A stretch of DNA of 64,000 bases, from assembly GCA_964019335.1 (NCBI GenBank), contig OZ025683.1, forward strand, positions 434,001-498,000, written 5' to 3'. Shown here piece by piece: positions 58,957 through 64,000 of this stretch. Under the pieces are notes generated by a model. The model saw nothing but the letters and a program-made list of their open reading frames with translations. It had not been told where the DNA came from and searched no databases. The stretch is from Diplonema japonicum. Taxonomy: Eukaryota > Protista > Euglenozoa: Diplonemea. Both the position numbers and the translations under genes were made by a program. Numbering within the stretch: position 1 is the stretch's first letter; each line of letters opens with the position of its first letter.

Positions 58957-60763
58957 ATGGCCACTGCAAGTGGCGGGTCGGAGACGGCTGTCATGATGCC
59001 ACCGCCGTGCGAAGTACCCGAAAAGCTCAAATCATTTGCCATGAAGGACTTACTGTTCATCCAAACAGTGCAGAAGGTATGGTCGTCTCGCACTAACGCA
59101 CGTCCACACAGTACAACAGCAGAGCAGGAAGGTCGGAGCGAGTACTACTGTTGCGTCCACAGGCCCTTCTTCTTGCTTCGGTCAAGCCAGTTTGTATAAC
59201 GAGAAATATTCGGCTTCAAAAAATATCTGAGATCCTTATCGAGAAGACAGGTCAAGTGAGTGAGCTTGGCTTCATCATCAAAGACGACTTCGGTGTCAAG
59301 CTGATGTTCCCCAAGAATTCGTCGCCCACGGCAGACGACTTCCTGAGAACCATCACATCCATCCTCAGGGCGCAGAACAAGATGCCTCCAAAGATCACGC
59401 CTGTCCCGGGTGAGGGAAAGACCTCGAAACAGGATGGGCTGCACTCACGAATGAATAAGAAATCTATCAAAAAGCCGCCAAAGTTCGTACCGCCATTCAA
59501 GCAAGCTGAGGAGAGGAAAAGACAGCAGATTTCACAGTCATCTCAGTTAGAAAGCCCCAGGGAACCACCGCCGCCACCCGAGGGGCCTGCCGTTGAGATG
59601 CAAGGCATGTCGCCGACACCCGTCGCGTCGCCTGAGTCGCCGCCTATGTCACCCCCGCCTCCTGAAGACGTACTGTCAACATCCCTCGCACAGTCGCAGC
59701 CACAACTCGAATCAAAGAAGCAAGAGCTTTACTCCTCGGAGCACCAGACAAGCATACCACCTCAGCAGCCTCCACATATAGACGTGCCACAGCAAGCTCA
59801 AATACAACCACCATCTGAACGAAAGACTGGCGGCAGTGACGGCTACGTGCATTACAAACAAAAGGCCAACGTGCCCCCGTTGCAGGTCGTCAACAGCTCT
59901 CCATATTACGTGGACTCCTACAGGTATGAATGATGTTACTGAAATATACATTTTGACACAGGCCTGTGAAAAACAGAGTGGACTTCAACCAGTTAGAGGG
60001 CGTCATCAGCGACAGCCCGCATTGCGAAAGCCCGCATAGCCATTACTCGCTTGGGTCGCCGACGGAATTGAACTTGCAGCACCACAACTCCTACAAGGGC
60101 GACTGGCTGATGCGTTCTATGGCAGATGCTTTGGAACTGGAGGTATGGTTTTGATGAGATTGCCAACACGGTACAGATCACGGACTTAGAGGAGACGAAC
60201 CAGAAGCTCCGCTTAGATCTCATAGATGAGAAGGAGCTGCGTCACAAGAACGAACTGGCGTTGCATGAGAAGGTATGGTTGTTGTTTCTTGTCACATAAC
60301 ATAAAAGGTGGCAACGTTAGTGAAGCGGGTAGATCAGCAACAGAGGATCATCGACATGTACGAGCAGCGAGATGTTTTGAAGGAGAGACTGACCAAGGGG
60401 GACAGCCTCCCCTCCAACCCACCTGTGTCATATGGGTCTGTAGCATCGTCATCGCCCGTGCCACTGCGGTCCGAGAGCATGCCGTCGCACACTTCGCAAG
60501 CACATAGCAACGTGGAACAGCAGGTTCGCCAGCAGCTCTACAATCAACAGCAGTACCCCTACCAGCTCTCCACATACCACGCGCACTCTTCGCAAACAGG
60601 CGAACGCGGAAACCAAATGCCCCGTATCGACAACAGCACACCTGTCTTCTCAACTGAAAGCCCCCCTCGTTACTGCCCAGCCCCCATCCAGCCACACACT
60701 GCCCCAGTGCAGTACGACTCTGTCGCCTCCGCCAAGTCATCCAGACTCCTTAACTTGATTTAG
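58957..60763 (+). CDS. Protein with N-terminal PH-like domain, Pro-rich middle and coiled coil; introns 59077-59111, 59924-59961, 60143-60176, 60273-60307
   Basis: Four GTATG..AG introns link ORFs 58933, 59151, 59966 and 60308 in frame. IQTVQKYNSRAGRSERVLLL...ITRNIRLQKISEI is PH-like. Confidence 0.72.
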
Positions 60764-60885
60764 ACACCCAGCTGTGTAGCTCTTTCCCCTTTTTCCATTT
60801 GTATTGTAACACAGTCTGTTTCTAGTCATTTTTGTTTCGTTGCACTCACCCAGCCCGTGCCCCGGCCAATTCCAAGTAGGTGGGG

Positions 60886-61467
60886 ATGTCCCTATACAAT
60901 GTGCAAAAAGAATTGCAAAAAAAGAAAGCAACGGGTGTGATTAAGTGCCCATGCTGTAGCTACAAAGCAATGTACGAGGAAGCCCTCGAGAGGCACTTTC
61001 AGGCCTACCACACGGGGAGGGATAAGAAGCGAGGGAAGAATACTTTTAAAGAAGTGCAGAGGGAGATGACGGCACGGGAGAGGAACAAGTTGTTTCAGGG
61101 AACTGCGTACAAGGCAGATTTGCAGTCAGCATGCTTGGGGCTTCCGCATCACGCGCTCTTCACCGAAGTTCATCGCCTCAAGGCATCCACCGACCCCATG
61201 GTGCCTGTGGTTGATACCGGGTACTGGTCACGTTCGACAGGGCAGACTTCCAGGCCGCCCTGCTTGGTGCAACCGACGAGTCCGCCAGTGATGTGCAGCT
61301 ATGATCAGCAAGGCGACTACTCCAACTGGCACACTTCACTGCGTTCCAGCCAGCCAAAGGCGCGCTCACAACCGCGAGATGTACGCACCCGTATGCTCAT
61401 GTCGCCCCCCATCCCTTCTGTCCCCTGCGCACTGCCCCAACTACCCGATGGTCCGATAATGGTCTAA
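60886..61467 (+). CDS. Small protein with a single C2H2-like zinc finger
   Basis: KCPCCSYKAMYEEALERHFQAYH. Confidence 0.65.
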   Translation: MSLYNVQKELQKKKATGVIKCPCCSYKAMYEEALERHFQAYHTGRDKKRGKNTFKEVQREMTARERNKLFQGTAYKADLQSACLGLPHHALFTEVHRLKASTDPMVPVVDTGYWSRSTGQTSRPPCLVQPTSPPVMCSYDQQGDYSNWHTSLRSSQPKARSQPRDVRTRMLMSPPIPSVPCALPQLPDGPIMV

Positions 61468-61556
61468 TATCACTAGAACCCCTCTGGGGGCTGTTGTACT
61501 GTACATGAAAGTAAGTGTTGACATCACACCCGCCACAAAGAAATCGCACAGGGAAA

Positions 61557-62171
61557 ATGATCCCTGCTTATCGTCGGTCGAGGATGCGACCCGCACCTGT
61601 CCATGAGGGGGACAGAAGAGTACGGCGGAGGTTGCGGAGTGACACAGAGCCGGTGCGTAGTAGCTCCGCCGTAGTGCGATTGCCTGACAGTGTACTTGCT
61701 GTTGTGTTCGCATATCTCCCCTTTGTTCCGTACCATTTCAATGTCAGCCTTGCCTGCAGAAGATTCCGTGCGGTCAGCGCTAGTGAATTCTACTGGAAGG
61801 AGCTGTGCACCAAGCCCTGTCCAGCTCAGTTCCCAGGTACACCTACAGCTAAGCGGGCTTTTCTGTATTATAAGTCCAGCAAAGGCAGGTGTGCTGTGTG
61901 CTTTGCAAGATGTCTTGCCCAAAGTGTACCTTTGGGAGACCCTTGGAATCTTCCGATATGTATGTCTTGTTTCGACACCTTACTCGTACCGCTGAGCACC
62001 GCCAAGCAAAAAATAAATGTTGTGGGCGTACCTCGAGTGCCATCTCTGCGCTTTAAGTTCATCCTCAAGAGCTTCTGCGAGGGGACCTACCCTTATCCTA
62101 CACGTGCCATGTCCATGCTGCCCGATCCGCTGCAGGTCGTCACACTTTTGCATGGCGACCTCGTGCAGTAA
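61557..62171 (+). CDS. F-box protein (3' exon structure uncertain)
   Basis: LPDSVLAVVFAYLP...VSLACRRFRAVS..FYWKELC, followed by CxxC pairs. Confidence 0.75.
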   Translation: MIPAYRRSRMRPAPVHEGDRRVRRRLRSDTEPVRSSSAVVRLPDSVLAVVFAYLPFVPYHFNVSLACRRFRAVSASEFYWKELCTKPCPAQFPGTPTAKRAFLYYKSSKGRCAVCFARCLAQSVPLGDPWNLPICMSCFDTLLVPLSTAKQKINVVGVPRVPSLRFKFILKSFCEGTYPYPTRAMSMLPDPLQVVTLLHGDLVQ

Positions 62172-62577
62172 ATTTTGCCAGGTGGTGGGGATAACATGAA
62201 AATATAAGAAAAACATCAGATGTGTTGTTCGCTGTTGACCTCCTCGGTCATCACCGGTAGCGCCCGAGTGGAAGAACATAATGCAGATGCTCAGGGTGAC
62301 GACAACAGGCAGCAAACTGCACGAGCGCAGAATCTTGGTTACCCGGGACGCACCGGCTGGGGTTGAGCTGTACACCGCACGCATTAAAGACACGACGCGG
62401 AACGCAGAAGAAGCTACAACTCGGCCGCGGCGCGCCCCCTGTAATCAAGTAGACAGTTCTTGTGCAGGGAGCCGCCAACACCGGCCTCCTTTAACTCATA
62501 TATAAATTTTTGTTTTTTATGTATTTTGTCGTAATTTTTATTTTATAATTGCACCACACCCAGCACACAGCATCAAC

Positions 62578-64000
62578 ATGCAGAAGGAGAGCAACAACCC
62601 CTTCACGCATATTTACGCAAGCACGCGGCTGGTGTGCGACAGGGGCGGTGCAACTCATGACACAAAACCGTTCTTCGAGTTGGGGTGTGGACACTGTCTA
62701 TGTCAAAACTGTGTTCTTATATCAGGCAAGGAGTGCCCCTTATGTGGGTGGGTGTCACATGTGGCTGTGACCGGCATGTACAGTATGTACAGCCAGACTT
62801 TAGCACCCCCCAAAGGCGTGGCAAATATCACCATGCCTGAACCTTGCAACACTTTGTTCAATGCCTTTGGTTTCTATTTGGGAGCGTCACTGGCGGTAGA
62901 GATGGCTTTCCTCTTTCTTAATAGAGTGTTCTCAGAAGCAACAGCATCCCAGTGCGTTATCTCTGTTTTCAATAGCATAGGTGAAGCTGTCCCCGACCAA
63001 TTCGTCACCAATATTATAAAAGAAGTACACTGGAAGTCTCTCCAAGTGAAGAGCCACACATCCTTCCCCACAACCGCAGCCTTTCCTTTGGCTGGTTTCG
63101 AAGAGCAACTTGAGAAGATGCGCCACCATGCAATACCCCAAGCACTGGTTGTATCAAAACACGCCACACATCTTACCTTGCTCCTCGACAGCAGTAGGTA
63201 TCACGTGTTCGACCCTTATGGTTTGGACAGAAAGCGACTTCCTTACATAGCTACCTTCGACTGCCTTGATGGGCTGCTGGTGTTCCTCAAGCAGCGTCTG
63301 CGGAATGGGAGCGCCCCTGACTTCACAGACTGTCCTGATGTGTGCGAGATGCAAGTCCATGAAATAGTTGCGCTCACAACACCACAGGCAAGCACAGCGT
63401 TCAGGCAGCCCACAGCCAGCGCCACGGGCAGTATCGGTAGTATCACCGACTCTTACAGCTCCCGTTACACATCACAGCTGCCACCACAGCAACCTATCCT
63501 TGCGCAGCCCCCTCAGTCCCGGGTATTGCCGCACTCAAAACCCCAGCCAGCATCCCAGCCTCCTGCAGACGCACCACCCCTCATTATGTCTGCCATACAT
63601 CACCTGCGTGCTGTTGCTTCTGGTGCACCACTCTCAACTCATGCGCCAACAGAATTTCCGCAACCCTCCAGATCCACCACAGAGACTACTAGAGATTACA
63701 GCGTGTCAGAGAGGTTTGTGAACGCAGAGTTACCTGTGGAACGTGTCGAAGAGGCTGCATTGGGCCTTCCGGAGGCACCATGGCTGGGAGCAGAGGCGGA
63801 GAAGCTTCTTGGTGATTACAAAGGAATCTTGGAGAGTCTTTATGCACAACAAGCACAGGAGTGGCAGCAGCTTTACGGTTGGGAGAAGTGCGCGGCGAGC
63901 ACTCTGCGGTGCAATCAGTACCTTAAAACGCACAAACCCACACCAGCGAAGATACTCGGGACTTTCTTTAATCCTTCGAAGATGGGGTCGATGGTGGAGA
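62578..64000 (+). CDS. RING-finger protein, open to the window end (absent from the ORF track); possible in-frame intron 62783-62815
   Basis: Frame +1 has no stop from ATG 62578 to 64000. LGCGHCLCQNCVLISGKECPLC is RING-like. A CACAG acceptor lies at 62566-62570. Confidence 0.8.
   Translation, partial: MQKESNNPFTHIYASTRLVCDRGGATHDTKPFFELGCGHCLCQNCVLISGKECPLCGWVSHVAVTGMYSMYSQTLAPPKGVANITMPEPCNTLFNAFGFYLGASLAVEMAFLFLNRVFSEATASQCVISVFNSIGEAVPDQFVTNIIKEVHWKSLQVKSHTSFPTTAAFPLAGFEEQLEKMRHHAIPQALVVSKHATHLTLLLDSSRYHVFDPYGLDRKRLPYIATFDCLDGLLVFLKQRLRNGSAPDFTDCPDVCEMQVHEIVALTTPQASTAFRQPTASATGSIGSITDSYSSRYTSQLPPQQPILAQPPQSRVLPHSKPQPASQPPADAPPLIMSAIHHLRAVASGAPLSTHAPTEFPQPSRSTTETTRDYSVSERFVNAELPVERVEEAALGLPEAPWLGAEAEKLLGDYKGILESLYAQQAQEWQQLYGWEKCAASTLRCNQYLKTHKPTPAKILGTFFNPSKMGSMVE

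Noticed and set aside
62874-63933. Minus-strand gene at the window end
   Set aside because: The + frame is open from 62578 to the end and contains a RING motif, so the minus ORFs are shadows.
1-64000. tRNA/rRNA genes
   Set aside because: No cloverleaf or rRNA-like segment was recognised by eye. A covariance search would be needed to exclude small RNAs.

Overview
Eukaryotic nuclear DNA, most likely a euglenozoan (diplonemid-like). This is inferred from three things: a nucleoside hydrolase of the trypanosomatid IG-NH type, all ~18 host genes lying head-to-tail on the + strand with a (C/A)CAG acceptor just before many ATGs, and about 25 very short GT-AG cis-introns. The left ~24.5 kb is rich in homopolymers. 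It holds the NAA10 3' end, a Cys-rich membrane protein, two decayed piggyBac elements (TTAA and TTAT target duplications), kinesin-3, a DUF445 protein, coiled-coil proteins, a GNB1L/ASA1-like WD40 protein and SmE. The right part is compact and almost free of homopolymers. It holds GT61, IG-NH, a giant (~8,100 aa) multi-pass surface receptor, a four-domain voltage-gated cation channel, and CAP/zinc-finger, PH-like, C2H2, F-box and RING genes. The most striking candidates are the giant receptor, apparently built by domain-within-domain insertion (with recurrent R-x-A-x-x-L motifs and one unexplained frameshift), and the adjacent channel, whose selectivity filter reads D/T/E/D. All family assignments are from motif recognition by eye; no searches were run.
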